Assembly (NCBI GenBank): GCA_046075565.1
Contig: JBJTQJ010000085.1
Location: 11,689-35,688, forward strand
Origin: Verrucomicrobiales bacterium
Lineage (GTDB): Bacteria; Verrucomicrobiota; Verrucomicrobiia; Verrucomicrobiales; SLCJ01
Direction of reading: 5' to 3'
Length of the DNA: 24,000 nucleotides
The notes beneath the pieces were generated by a model. That model worked only from the letters and a program-made list of their open reading frames with translations, was not told where the DNA came from and did not search any database. Shown here piece after piece: positions 1 to 9,193 of the stretch (positions within the stretch are counted from its first letter, which is position 1; every line of letters begins with the position of its first letter). The position numbers and the translations under genes were made by a program.

Positions 1-660
1 CATGGCATTCCATCCTAACAAATCGCCGCTCGCCAATTCCATGGGGGCCGGTCCGCTCTGGGCAGCCAGCCAGGCCATGGCCGCGCGCATTTGCGGACTG
101 GCGAAGGTGTCGTCGATCAGACGTCCGTAGGGCATCATCAGCTCGCGGGTGGTATCCATTGAACTCCACAGTTTGCGCGAGGCGGGCCGGAAAAGGTTCC
201 GCTTCACGATGGTGCCGACGAGATTCCCTCCGCTCGGTGGTTTCTGGAATACCTCGAAGATTCCTTCGTTCAACTCGCCCCACTTGGTTACAAAAAGTCG
301 ATAGGCGGCGGCATCTTCCGGCGACACCGCGGCGATGCTGGCGCAGGTTTTTTCCACATCACGATAGAAACAAATGCCGGGACCGCCGGGCACGGGAAAG
401 TAAGCCCATGGATCGGCTTCGATGTATTCGAGCCCGTAGGCGCCGAGATCGAGTTCATCATAAATGGGAGTAGCCCGGAACATGATGTGCAGTGAGGAAC
501 CGACATCGAAGCGAAAGCCGGGAATGATTTCCTCGGTGCAGACCGCGCCGCCGATGATGGGTCGGCGTTCGAGCACACGCACGCGGCGGCCTGCTTTGGC
601 CAGATAGCAAGCGCAGACCAAGCCATTGTGACCGCCGCCGATGATGATGATGTCGTCCAT
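1..660 (-). CDS. NAD(P)/FAD-dependent oxidoreductase, phytoene-desaturase (CrtI/COG1233)-like; N-terminal 220 codons only, continues past the window start
   Basis: Absent from the ORF track because it has no stop in the window. The reverse complement of 1..660 is open from the ATG (complement of 658-660). It reads MDDIIIIGGGHNGLVCACYLAKAGRRVRVLERRPIIGGAVCTEE..., a GxGxxG Rossmann N-terminus typical of this family. It lies 19 nt downstream of pgsA on the same strand. Confidence 0.75.
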   Translation of the reverse strand, partial: MDDIIIIGGGHNGLVCACYLAKAGRRVRVLERRPIIGGAVCTEEIIPGFRFDVGSSLHIMFRATPIYDELDLGAYGLEYIEADPWAYFPVPGGPGICFYRDVEKTCASIAAVSPEDAAAYRLFVTKWGELNEGIFEVFQKPPSGGNLVGTIVKRNLFRPASRKLWSSMDTTRELMMPYGRLIDDTFASPQMRAAMAWLAAQSGPAPMELASGDLLGWNAM

Positions 661-679
661 GGATTGCAAGCGGCGCACA

Positions 680-1285
680 TTACGCGCCCGGCGGGTTGTC
701 GGGTGGCGATGGGCGCGAATGTTCGCTCGCCATGAGCTGGCGCAGGAATTCCCTCAGATAAATCATGCCGGAGATAAAGGTGAAAATTCCCGCCAGCGCG
801 GTCGGCACGATGGGGTGGGGGAGTCGCAGCCCGAGCATGACCCAACCGATGGCGCAGAATTGGAAAAAGGTGGCCACTTTGCCCGTCCAATGCGGGCGGA
901 CCACGACATCGCCGGACACATGATTGATTAGAAACGCGCCCGCGACGAGGAGCAAGTCGCGGCCGACGACGAGGATGGGGAACCAGAGCGGGAAATGCCA
1001 TTCCCAGGGCGTGAAGCTGAGCGTCAGGATGCTGGCGAGGATGAGCCCTTTGTCGGCGATGGGGTCGAGCAGCGTGCCGAGACGGCTGCGCTGGTTGAAT
1101 CGCCGGGCGATGTAGCCATCAATGCCATCGCTGCCGGCAGCCACCGCGAAGATGATGACGGCGGCCCATCGCCACGCGGGTTCCGCCTGTCCATCGTGGA
1201 TGCTCTGGGCATAATACACCGCGCAGCCCACATACACCGGAATCAACAGGATGCGGGCGATGGTGATTTGATTGGCGAGGGTCAT
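680..1285 (-). CDS. pgsA: CDP-diacylglycerol--glycerol-3-phosphate 3-phosphatidyltransferase (CDP-alcohol phosphatidyltransferase family)
   Basis: ORF 680..1324 trimmed to the internal Met (MTLANQITIARILLIP...). Carries the CDP-alcohol phosphatidyltransferase motif DGIDGYIARRFNQRSRLGTLLDPIADK and several hydrophobic helices. Confidence 0.85.
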   Translation of the reverse strand: MTLANQITIARILLIPVYVGCAVYYAQSIHDGQAEPAWRWAAVIIFAVAAGSDGIDGYIARRFNQRSRLGTLLDPIADKGLILASILTLSFTPWEWHFPLWFPILVVGRDLLLVAGAFLINHVSGDVVVRPHWTGKVATFFQFCAIGWVMLGLRLPHPIVPTALAGIFTFISGMIYLREFLRQLMASEHSRPSPPDNPPGA

Positions 1286-1326
1286 GCGGGCACCCGGAAA
1301 TGGTTGCCGGGCGTTTCGTATCAACT

Positions 1327-1803
1327 ATGACAGTAAATCCCGCACTTGGCCAGTCCGCACCTGATTTTACCGCTCCCGTGGTGGGAGGAAGCTATTCCGC
1401 CGATTCGACCGTGACCCTTTCCGCTCTCCGCGGGCGTCCGGTCGTCCTGTATTTTTACCCGAAGGATGATACCCCGGGCTGCACGACGCAGGCCTGCGCC
1501 CTGCGGGATGGCTGGGATACAATCAAGGAGAAAGCGATGGTCTTCGGCGTGAGCACCGATTCGGTGGCCAGCCATGTGAAGTTCCAGACCAAATACTCCT
1601 TGCCCTTCCCGCTCATCTCCGATGCCGACCGCGCCATTGCCGAAGCCTATGGGGTTTGGGTCGAAAAGAGCATGTATGGGAAAAAATACATGGGCATGGA
1701 GCGCAGCACATTTGTGATAGGCGCCGACGGCAAAATCACCACCGTGCTGGAAAAAGTCGCGCCCGCGAAGCACCTGGAATTGCTAGAGGAAGCACTCGGG
1801 TAA
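1327..1803 (+). CDS. bcp: thioredoxin-dependent thiol peroxidase (Bcp-type peroxiredoxin)
   Basis: ORF 1300..1803 with likely start at MTVNPALGQSAPDF. Peroxiredoxin active site YFYPKDDTPGCTTQAC, with peroxidatic and resolving Cys five residues apart as in Bcp/PrxQ. Confidence 0.85.
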   Translation: MTVNPALGQSAPDFTAPVVGGSYSADSTVTLSALRGRPVVLYFYPKDDTPGCTTQACALRDGWDTIKEKAMVFGVSTDSVASHVKFQTKYSLPFPLISDADRAIAEAYGVWVEKSMYGKKYMGMERSTFVIGADGKITTVLEKVAPAKHLELLEEALG

Positions 1804-1828
1804 AGACTCCGGTCACTCGTCTCTCGAT

Positions 1829-1855
1829 CCGCGATTGGAGTCGGCCAATCCGCGG
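1829..1855. terminator. imperfect hairpin between convergent bcp and ftsY; possible bidirectional terminator
   Basis: CCGCGATTGG (1829-1838) pairs with CCAATCCGCGG (1845-1855) with one bulged C and a 6-nt loop. It sits in the 54-nt gap between two convergent stops. There is no strong U-run. Confidence 0.3.
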
Positions 1856-1857
1856 CT

Positions 1858-2703
1858 TTACAAAAGGTCGCGCACGAATGCGTCGCGATCGAAAGGCGCG
1901 AAGGCTTCGGCGGTTTCACCGGTGCCGATGAAGACGGGCGGAATGCCGGTTTCCTCGTGGATGCCGACAACCACCCCTCCTTTGCCGGAGCCATCGAGTT
2001 TCGTCACGATGATACCGGTGAGCGGAGTGGCTTTATGGAATTCCTTCGCTTGCTGGATGGCATTCGAACCGGTGGTGGCATCGACCACGAGCAGGGTGTG
2101 GTGGGGTGCGGTGGGATCGCCTTTGCCGACGGTGCGGCGGATTTTCTCCAATTCGGACATCAGATTGTGCCGGGTGTGGAGTCGTCCAGCCGTATCGACG
2201 AGCAGGAATTGGGAACCCTCGCGGCGGGCGAGATTGCAGGCCTCGTGACAGACGGAGGATGGGTCGGCACCGTGCGGACCTCTGACGACCGGGATGTCGA
2301 GGCGGCGTCCCCAGACTTCGAGTTGTTCGACGGCGGCGGCGCGGAAGGTGTCGGCGGCGGCCATGACCACCGAATGGCCTTGCTTCTTGAGCCGGGTGGC
2401 GAGTTTGGCCGTGCTGGTGGTTTTGCCGCTGCCATTCACGCCGACGACGAGCACAATGGCGGTGCGTCCGTCGGAAAGTGGTTCGAGTCGCGGCGGGCGC
2501 TCGGGCAATCGTTCGCCGATGATCCGGCGCGCGTTCTCGAGCACCGATTCGATGTCCTTGCCGCCTTCATTTTTCAGTTGTTCGATCAACTGACCGCTGA
2601 ATCGGATGCCGAGGTCGCCGCGCACGAGCATGGCTTCAAAGTCATCCCAGTCGATTTCTGGCTGGCGCTGGAAGGCCTGCAGGATGCGGGAGAAAAGACG
2701 CAT
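1858..2703 (-). CDS. ftsY: signal recognition particle receptor FtsY (short form, NG domain only)
   Basis: ORF 1858..2781 trimmed to MRLFSRILQAF (ATG = complement of 2701-2703). SRP-GTPase motifs GVNGSGKTTSTAKLA (G1), DTAGRLH (G3) and TKLDGSGKGG (G4). Confidence 0.9.
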   Translation of the reverse strand: MRLFSRILQAFQRQPEIDWDDFEAMLVRGDLGIRFSGQLIEQLKNEGGKDIESVLENARRIIGERLPERPPRLEPLSDGRTAIVLVVGVNGSGKTTSTAKLATRLKKQGHSVVMAAADTFRAAAVEQLEVWGRRLDIPVVRGPHGADPSSVCHEACNLARREGSQFLLVDTAGRLHTRHNLMSELEKIRRTVGKGDPTAPHHTLLVVDATTGSNAIQQAKEFHKATPLTGIIVTKLDGSGKGGVVVGIHEETGIPPVFIGTGETAEAFAPFDRDAFVRDLL

Positions 2704-2731
2704 GGGGGAAGAAACAAAATGGGACGAAGCT

Positions 2732-3148
2732 TCAGCGGGCGCGGGCCTCGCGATCGCGGCGGATGCGATCGAGCACACCATTGATGAAGCGGCCGGATTC
2801 GTTGCCGCCGAATCGTTTGGCGATTTCGATGGCTTCGTTGATGGTCACGGCGGCGGGGATCTCCTGCAGATTGAGCATTTCGAAGACGGCGATGCGCAGG
2901 ATGTTGCGCTCGACCGCGGAGACGCGTTCGATATCGAAATTGTCGAGGGCGGGCGCGATGAGCAGATCGAGTTTCTCCTGCTGTGCGCCCACACCGGCGA
3001 TGAGTTCTTCCGCGAACGCGCGCACGGACGGACTCGTCCGCCGCAGGACCCAGAATGCCTCGGTATCACGATCATCGAACCGGGTATTCAGGTCGTGGGA
3101 GAAAAGAAATTGCAGGGCGGCTTCGCGGCCTTCGCGTCGTTTACCCAT
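2732..3148 (-). CDS. nusB: transcription antitermination factor NusB
   Basis: ORF 2732..3292 trimmed to MGKRREGREAALQFLF. C-terminal NusB signature ERVSAVERNILRIAVFEML...INEAIEIAKRFG. Classic ribH-nusB adjacency, with an 8-nt overlap with the ribH stop. Confidence 0.9.
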   Translation of the reverse strand: MGKRREGREAALQFLFSHDLNTRFDDRDTEAFWVLRRTSPSVRAFAEELIAGVGAQQEKLDLLIAPALDNFDIERVSAVERNILRIAVFEMLNLQEIPAAVTINEAIEIAKRFGGNESGRFINGVLDRIRRDREARAR

Positions 3149-3656
3149 CGGAATTGGATTTGGAAGTTTTGGACTGCCGCGCCTTGCGGAGTTTTTCGAC
3201 GGTGGAGAAGATGGTGGCGGCGGCACGGGCCGCTTCGCGTCCGCGGTTGAGGCGCTCGCCCATGGTGCGCTCCTTGGCCTGCTCCTTGTCATTGACGAGC
3301 AAGACTTCGTTGATGATGGGCACCAGGTGCTTCACGGAAATTTGGTGGAGCATCTGGGTGACGCTGTTGGCGACGATGTCGCCATGCGGGGTCTCCCCGC
3401 GGATGATCACACCCAGCACGATGATGGCGTCCGGCGGGGCATGGCGGGCGAGGTATTCCACCGCAAAGGGGATTTCGAAGGCCCCCGGCACGTAGTGCAA
3501 ATCGACAACGGAGTCGGGGTGCAGGTGCATGAATTCCGAGAGCGTGTGCTCCACCAGCGCGTCGGTAAAGGCGGAATTAAAGCGCGAGGCGACGATGGCG
3601 ACGCGGCTCTTTTTCCCCATGACACGGGGTTTGGGTGGCAGTTGATAATCCGACAT
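3141..3656 (-). CDS. ribH: 6,7-dimethyl-8-ribityllumazine synthase
   Basis: RVAIVASRFN, VPGAFEIP and GVIIRGETPHGD motifs. The start is ambiguous: GTG at 3665, ATG at 3656 (chosen) or ATG at 3620. Confidence 0.9.
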   Translation of the reverse strand: MSDYQLPPKPRVMGKKSRVAIVASRFNSAFTDALVEHTLSEFMHLHPDSVVDLHYVPGAFEIPFAVEYLARHAPPDAIIVLGVIIRGETPHGDIVANSVTQMLHQISVKHLVPIINEVLLVNDKEQAKERTMGERLNRGREAARAAATIFSTVEKLRKARQSKTSKSNSDG

Positions 3657-3694
3657 GGAACCCACAATTTGGCCGCGCCAGGCCTTGGGGGCAA

Positions 3695-4918
3695 CTACAG
3701 AAAGTGCCCGAGTTTCGTTTTCTTTGTCTCAAGATAGCGTTCGTTTTCCGGATTGGCCGGCTGCACGATGGGCACTTGCTCGACAATGCGGAGCCGGTGG
3801 CCGTCGAGGCCGACCACTTTGCGCGGGTTGTTGGTCATGAGGCGGATTTCCCGGACACCGAGGTCGTGGAGGATTTGGGCTCCGGTCCCGTAGTCGCGGA
3901 GGTCGGCGGCGAATCCGAGTTTGGCATTTGCCTCCACGGTATCGAGACCAGCTTCCTGGAGCTTGTAGGCGCGAATTTTCGCGGGCAGGCCGATACCCCG
4001 TCCCTCCTGGCGCATGTAGAGCAGGACGCCCCGCCCTTCGGCGGAAATCCGTTCCAAAGCCGCGTGGAGCTGGCCCCCGCAATCGCAGCGGCGGGACATG
4101 AAAACATCGCCAGTCAGGCACTCGCTGTGCACGCGCACGAGAACCGGTTTGCCGTCGGCGATGTCCCCCTTCACGAGAGCCAGATGGTTGTTGCCATCCA
4201 GCAGCGACCGATAGAGGTGGAGTTCGAATTCCCCGAAATCCGTTGGCATGCGGACCACCTCGACTTTTTCGACGAGTTTTTCCCGTTCGCGGCGGTAGGC
4301 GATCAACTCGGCGATGGTCAAGGTGGGCAGGTCGTGGGCCCGGGCGAAGGCCGCCAGTTCTTCACCACGGGCCATGGTTCCGTCCTCATTGAGGATTTCG
4401 CAAATCACCCCGGCGGGGGCCATTCCCGCCATACGTGCGAGATCGACGGCCGCCTCGGTGTGACCGGCGCGGCGCAGGACTCCGCCGTCTACGGCTTGCA
4501 GCGGGTGGATGTGGCCGGGTTGCACGAGGTCGTCCGGTTCGGTGGCGGGGTTGGCCAGCAGGGCGATGGTTCGGGCGCGATCGGCCGTGCTGATGCCGGT
4601 GGTGATGCCATTCGCGGCATCCACCGTGACGGTGAAGGCCGTGCGATGGACCTCGCGATTGACCCGCACCATGGGCGGGATGCCCAGTTCTTTCGCCCGC
4701 TCCTGGGGAACAGGCACACAAATCAATCCCCGGGCATGGCGGAGCATGAAGTTCACCGCGTCCGGGGTGATTTTTTCCGCCGCCATGATCAAATCGCCTT
4801 CGTTCTCGCGTTCGGCATCGTCGGTGACAATGATCATGCGGCCGGCGCGAATGGCGGCCACCGCCTCTTCGACACGTTGGTGGCCGGCTTCACTGGGGCT
4901 GTGAGCTTCTTCGGGCAT
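3695..4918 (-). CDS. ribBA: bifunctional 3,4-dihydroxy-2-butanone-4-phosphate synthase / GTP cyclohydrolase II
   Basis: 407 aa. The N-terminal half carries the DHBP synthase motif [15 protein letters not shown]. The C-terminal half carries the GCH II zinc cysteines [20 protein letters not shown] and [11 protein letters not shown]. Confidence 0.92.
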   Translation of the reverse strand: MPEEAHSPSEAGHQRVEEAVAAIRAGRMIIVTDDAERENEGDLIMAAEKITPDAVNFMLRHARGLICVPVPQERAKELGIPPMVRVNREVHRTAFTVTVDAANGITTGISTADRARTIALLANPATEPDDLVQPGHIHPLQAVDGGVLRRAGHTEAAVDLARMAGMAPAGVICEILNEDGTMARGEELAAFARAHDLPTLTIAELIAYRREREKLVEKVEVVRMPTDFGEFELHLYRSLLDGNNHLALVKGDIADGKPVLVRVHSECLTGDVFMSRRCDCGGQLHAALERISAEGRGVLLYMRQEGRGIGLPAKIRAYKLQEAGLDTVEANAKLGFAADLRDYGTGAQILHDLGVREIRLMTNNPRKVVGLDGHRLRIVEQVPIVQPANPENERYLETKKTKLGHFL

Positions 4919-5068
4919 AAAATGGAGAACGCGACATTACGACATGGAGGGCCGGAAGGAAACCTAATGTAGCCATTTCGTCGCTGCAATCACAATGGGC
5001 CGGACCCCAGACCGGCGGGATTCCGATTTCGCGCGATCCAAAGCGATGCTTCGGGGATGAAAGGGCGC

Positions 5069-5148
5069 GGATCTGGTGCATGATCCGGGAGATCCGGCAC
5101 GGCCGGCAGGATTCAGGGTTCCCGCAGGGGATTCCGGCACGGATCCGG
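5069..5148. promoter_or_regulatory. cluster of GAT(T)C(C/T)GG heptamer repeats in the divergent ribBA/glgX intergenic region
   Basis: GATCTGG at 5070. GATCCGG at 5082, 5091 and 5142. GATTCAGG at 5110 and GATTCCGG at 5130. TCCGGCACGG occurs twice (5093-5102 and 5133-5142). Function unknown. Confidence 0.3.
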
Positions 5149-5175
5149 CTTCCGAACGGGGACGCACATTTCATC

Positions 5176-7329
5176 ATGGTAGTTTCGACCGGTCTTCCAT
5201 TTCCACTTGGCGCCACCGTGCTCTCCGGAGGCGTCAATTTCGCCGTTTTCGCGGCCAATGCCGGGGCACTGGACCTTTGTTTGTTTGATCCATGCAATCC
5301 CCTGCGGGAAACCCACCGTGTTCGGTTTCCCAAACGCACGGAAGGGGTCTGGCATGTTTTTGTCGAGGGTCTGCCTCCGGAGACCCCCTACGCACTGCGG
5401 GCCCACGGGCCCTATCAGCTTTCGGACGGGCACCGCTACAATCCGGCGAAATTGCTCCTCGATCCGTATGCGCGGGCTTTCACCTCGGATGTCGTCGGTC
5501 ATCCGGTCCAGAATGTGGAGTCGTCGCACGGAATTCCGGATCGCCGCGACTCGGCGGGTGTGGTTCCCCGGTGCCTGATCGATGGTGCGGAAGCGTTCGA
5601 TTGGGAGGACGACCAACCACCCCGCGTGCCATGGGATGGCACGGTCATCTACGAGGCGCACGTGCGGGGCATGACGATGTTGAATCCGGAAGTGCCGGAG
5701 GCGCTACGCGGCACCTACGCGGGTCTGGCCAGCGAAGCGACCCTGCGGCATCTCCGTTCCATCGGGGTGACAACCATCCAACTGATGCCGGTGCAACAGC
5801 ACATTGATGATCTCTTTCTGATCGAGAAGGGGCTATCGAACTATTGGGGCTACCAGAGCCTCGGCTACTTCGCGCCTCACCAATCGTATGCTGCGAACTC
5901 ATCACCCGGCGAGGTCATCCGTGAGTTCAAACAAATGGTCAAGGCCATGCATGCGGCCGGGCTCGAGGTGATCCTCGATGTGGTTTACAATCATACCGGC
6001 GAAGGCGGGCAAGGCGGGGCATCGTTGGTTTTCCGGGGACTCGACAATTTCATCTACTACCGGTTGGCCCGCCATGATCGTGCGCGCTTCCTCGATTTCA
6101 CCGGCACCGGCAACACGATCGACATGCGGCATCCACGCGCACTCCAGCTCGTGCTCGACTCGCTGCGGTATTGGGTCACTGAAATGCATGTCGATGGATT
6201 CCGTTTCGATCTCGCGGCCACTCTCGGGCGCGAATCCGATGACTACGATCCACAGGGTGGATTTTTCCGCGCCGTGCGGCAGGACCCGGTGCTTTCCACG
6301 GTCAAACTGATCGCCGAACCCTGGGATCCGGGTTGGGGTGGATACCAGTTGGGCAATTTCCCCGAGCCATTCGTCGAACTGAATGGCCGGTTTCGCGACG
6401 ACGTCAGGAGATACTGGAAAGGCGACGAAGGCGCCCTGCCCGATTTCGCCGCGCGCCTCACCGGTTCGGAGGACATTTTTGGCGACGGACGTCGGCGCCC
6501 CCAGCGTGGCATCAACTTCATCACCTGCCATGATGGGTTCACCCTGCGGGATCTCGTCAGTTACAACGACAAGCACAATCTGGCCAATGGCGAGGACAAT
6601 CGCGATGGGGAAAGCCACAACAGTTCATGGAACTGTGGCACCGAAGGGGAGACGACCGATCCCGACATCCTTGCGTTGCGCGCCCGCCAGCAACGTAACC
6701 TCGTGGCCACGCTTTTCCTTTCCCAGGGTGTGCCATTTCTGTTAGGAGGCGACGAGATTTCGCGCACCCAGGGTGGAAATAACAATGCGTATTGCCAGGA
6801 CAACGAGGTCTCGTGGTTCGACTGGAATATGAAACCGAAGCGACCGGACTTGCGCTCGTTCATCCGCCGGCTCATCGAACTGCGCGCCCAAGAGCCGGTT
6901 TTCCGGAAACGACATTTCCTTCATGGGAACTCCTTACACGGCCGTGCCTCCCGTGATGTGCTCTGGCTCACGCCGGAAGGCCGTGCTTTGACCGATGCTG
7001 ACTGGCATGATCCGGCACGCAAATCACTCGGTATGTTGCTCACCGGCTCGGCTCGGTCAGCGATGTCCGATTGGCGGCACTCCCGCCACGGTCACACCTT
7101 CCTTTTGCTTTTCCACGCCGGGAGCACGGACTTGAAATTCGTGCTGCCGGGAGAAAAGATCTGCCGCTGGCAACCCGTGCTCGACACCTCAAGGGACGAT
7201 CCTTTTGCCGTGGAAACCCAACAACATCTTCAAGGAGGGGTGGTTTCCACCCTTGGCGCGCATTCGCTCCGCGTCTATCGTCTCACGGCGGGCAGCGAAC
7301 TGCAGGCCCAGTCCATCCCCGCCCGATAA
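5176..7329 (+). CDS. glgX: glycogen debranching enzyme GlgX (GH13 isoamylase-type)
   Basis: ORF 5080..7329 trimmed to MVVSTGLPFPLGATVLSGGVNFAVFA, the typical GlgX N-terminus. GH13 catalytic regions VVYNHTGEG, DGFRFDLA, IAEPWD and FITCHDGFTLRDL. Confidence 0.9.
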   Translation: MVVSTGLPFPLGATVLSGGVNFAVFAANAGALDLCLFDPCNPLRETHRVRFPKRTEGVWHVFVEGLPPETPYALRAHGPYQLSDGHRYNPAKLLLDPYARAFTSDVVGHPVQNVESSHGIPDRRDSAGVVPRCLIDGAEAFDWEDDQPPRVPWDGTVIYEAHVRGMTMLNPEVPEALRGTYAGLASEATLRHLRSIGVTTIQLMPVQQHIDDLFLIEKGLSNYWGYQSLGYFAPHQSYAANSSPGEVIREFKQMVKAMHAAGLEVILDVVYNHTGEGGQGGASLVFRGLDNFIYYRLARHDRARFLDFTGTGNTIDMRHPRALQLVLDSLRYWVTEMHVDGFRFDLAATLGRESDDYDPQGGFFRAVRQDPVLSTVKLIAEPWDPGWGGYQLGNFPEPFVELNGRFRDDVRRYWKGDEGALPDFAARLTGSEDIFGDGRRRPQRGINFITCHDGFTLRDLVSYNDKHNLANGEDNRDGESHNSSWNCGTEGETTDPDILALRARQQRNLVATLFLSQGVPFLLGGDEISRTQGGNNNAYCQDNEVSWFDWNMKPKRPDLRSFIRRLIELRAQEPVFRKRHFLHGNSLHGRASRDVLWLTPEGRALTDADWHDPARKSLGMLLTGSARSAMSDWRHSRHGHTFLLLFHAGSTDLKFVLPGEKICRWQPVLDTSRDDPFAVETQQHLQGGVVSTLGAHSLRVYRLTAGSELQAQSIPAR

Positions 7330-7348
7330 ATTTTCCCCATTCACCGCC

Positions 7349-8755
7349 ATGCTCCGCAGCACAAAACTCATCGCCACCCTTGGTCCCGCCACCGATTCCC
7401 CGGAAATGCTCGCCGCGCTCATCGGCCGGGGGGTGAATGTCTTTCGCCTCAACATGAGCCATGGCAAACACGATTGGGTGCGACGGGTCACCGCCGATAT
7501 CCGCGCCGCCGCGGATGCCAGTCATACCCACTGCGCCATCCTCATGGACTTGCAAGGCCCGTCCATCCGAACCGGCGAACTGCCCGCACCCATCCCGGTC
7601 AAAGTCGGCGATCGGGTTGAATTCCGCATCGAGACCGCGGAAGCGGGTGCGGAGAAAAGCACGACCGTGAACTACCGCGACCTGCCGAAAGACGTGAGTG
7701 TCGGCGATACCGTGGTCGTGGACAACGGCCTGATGCACCTGCGGGTGGTGGAGAAGGACGACGAGCGGTTGCTTTGTTCGGTTCTCACGGAGGGAACGCT
7801 CACCTCGCGACGCCACATCAACCTTCCGGGCGTGCGCCTTAATCTTCCCGCCATGACGGCGAAGGATCGCGAGGATGCCACCCTCGCCGCCGAACTCCAA
7901 CTCGATTTCCTCGCTTTGTCCTTCGTGCGCGACGTCGCCCATGTCGAGGAAGCGCGTGCGTTCCTCGCCGAGCGCAGCCATTCGCCCCGCATCGTGGCGA
8001 AGATCGAGGATCAGGAGGCGGTGAAGAATATCAATGGCATCATCCAGGCCACGGATGTGATCATGGTCGCGCGTGGCGACCTCGGCATCGAGGTGAACAT
8101 CGAAGAGCTGCCGATCATCCAGCGGCGCATCGTGAAAAAGTGCCATGTCATGGGCCGGGCCGTCATCGTGGCCACGCACATGCTCGAAAGTATGGTCTCG
8201 AATCCGTCGCCGACCCGGGCGGAAGTCAGCGACGTCGCCAACGCGGTTTTCGAACAAGCCGATGCCATCATGCTCTCCGGCGAGACCTCGACCGGGCGGT
8301 ATCCGCTCGAATGTGTGGAAACCCTCGACCGCATCGCCTTGCGCATCGAGCGCAGCGGCGGAGCCGGATTCAGCGAGCATGCCATGCTCTCCGATGAAAA
8401 ACAGCTCACCTGCAAATCCGCCGTCGTGCTCGCCAACTCGCTGGAAAATGCGGTCATTGTCGTCTTCACCAAACGCGGCATCATGGCCCGGCATCTCGCC
8501 CGCCTCCGGCCCGAGGCGCCCGTCTTTGCCTTCGCCCGCGACGCCAAGGTCTGCCGCTCGCTCTCGCTCGATCGCGGCGTGCACCCCATCCGGTTCGATT
8601 TCTCCAACGAACCCGAGGAAACCATGAACAACGCCACCACCTACCTCCGCGCCAAAGGACTGGTCCAAGATGGAGATCGTATGGTCGTCGTTTCGGATCT
8701 ATTCCAGCGCGAGGGCATTGTCGATTCCATCCTGCTCGCCAGGGTGGGGGCGTGA
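7349..8755 (+). CDS. pyk: pyruvate kinase
   Basis: ORF 7205..8755 trimmed to MLRSTKLIATLGPAT (ATG at 7349, 19 nt after the glgX stop). Motifs FRLNMSHG, MVARGDLGIE and MLSGETSTG. Confidence 0.92.
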   Translation: MLRSTKLIATLGPATDSPEMLAALIGRGVNVFRLNMSHGKHDWVRRVTADIRAAADASHTHCAILMDLQGPSIRTGELPAPIPVKVGDRVEFRIETAEAGAEKSTTVNYRDLPKDVSVGDTVVVDNGLMHLRVVEKDDERLLCSVLTEGTLTSRRHINLPGVRLNLPAMTAKDREDATLAAELQLDFLALSFVRDVAHVEEARAFLAERSHSPRIVAKIEDQEAVKNINGIIQATDVIMVARGDLGIEVNIEELPIIQRRIVKKCHVMGRAVIVATHMLESMVSNPSPTRAEVSDVANAVFEQADAIMLSGETSTGRYPLECVETLDRIALRIERSGGAGFSEHAMLSDEKQLTCKSAVVLANSLENAVIVVFTKRGIMARHLARLRPEAPVFAFARDAKVCRSLSLDRGVHPIRFDFSNEPEETMNNATTYLRAKGLVQDGDRMVVVSDLFQREGIVDSILLARVGA

Positions 8756-8764
8756 GTTTTCCGG
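8731..8764 (+). repeat. direct repeat copy 1 (covers the last pyk codons, the stop and 9 nt beyond)
   Basis: cctgctcgccagggtgggggcgtgagttttccgg recurs at 9737-9771 with one substitution and one 1-nt indel. Weaker similarity extends about 30 nt upstream (ctattcc...gatt) and about 15 nt downstream (gga[a/t]acttt). Confidence 0.8.
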
Positions 8765-8941
8765 CTGGAAACTTTCTTGATGTTGGGGATCCCGGGGGCC
8801 TGTTTGAGTTGCCTGCCGGCAGCCTGAGTTTGTCTGTGGGTTGGGATTTCTGTCGATAGGGGGGTCGGGGTGTCCGGAGCATGGGACAGGGCTATTGGGG
8901 AAAGAGATTGAATGGTGCGGTATTTCGGGTAGAGTGTGGGC

Positions 8942-9193
8942 ATGACGCAAATCGTTGTTCGTGTTCCGGAAGCCACGCCGGTTGCCTTGGGCATCAACCC
9001 GGAAAGGGTTGGCGACGCCCTGTTGTTGGCGGCTGCCGTGCAATGGTATGAGAGCGGCAAGCTCTCCAGTGGAGCGGCGGCGGAATTGGCTGGTTTGCCG
9101 AAACCCGTGTTTGTGGAGCGGCTGAAGGATTTTGGTGTCCCGGCCTTCCGCCAGTCCGAAGAAGAACTTCGTGAGGAATTTGCAAATGCCTGA
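8942..9193 (+). CDS. UPF0175-family antitoxin-like protein
   Basis: MTQIVVRVPEATPVALGINPERVGDALLLAAAVQWYESGKLSSGAAAELAGLPKPVFVERLKDFGVPAF has the UPF0175 pattern: Y..G.LS.G.AAELAG followed by F...L...G(I/V)P. The track ORF starts at GTG 8936; ATG 8942 is preferred. It overlaps the next gene by 8 nt (ATGCCTGA). Confidence 0.7.
   Translation: MTQIVVRVPEATPVALGINPERVGDALLLAAAVQWYESGKLSSGAAAELAGLPKPVFVERLKDFGVPAFRQSEEELREEFANA

Noticed and set aside
5080-5175. Upstream start for glgX at 5080
   Set aside because: The first 32 codons fall in the repeat-rich spacer and have no counterpart in GlgX proteins. MVVSTGLPFPLGAT at 5176 matches the usual N-terminus.
7283-8668. 461-aa minus-strand ORF antisense to pyk
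   Set aside because: Same reasoning as above. This also applies to 3635-4972 (+) antisense to ribBA and 21071-22201 (-) antisense to the vWA gene. It applies as well to 11611-12606 (+) antisense to hisC, 14160-15167 (+) antisense to mutS, 2763-3737 (+), 1957-2784 (+) and 5902-6618 (-). All are low-complexity translations opposite strongly supported genes.
8790-8830. CTGCCGGCAG palindrome flanked by tgagtt repeats after pyk, considered as a terminator
   Set aside because: The palindrome has no loop, and the possible stems are 5 bp or less with no U-run. That is not enough for a terminator call.
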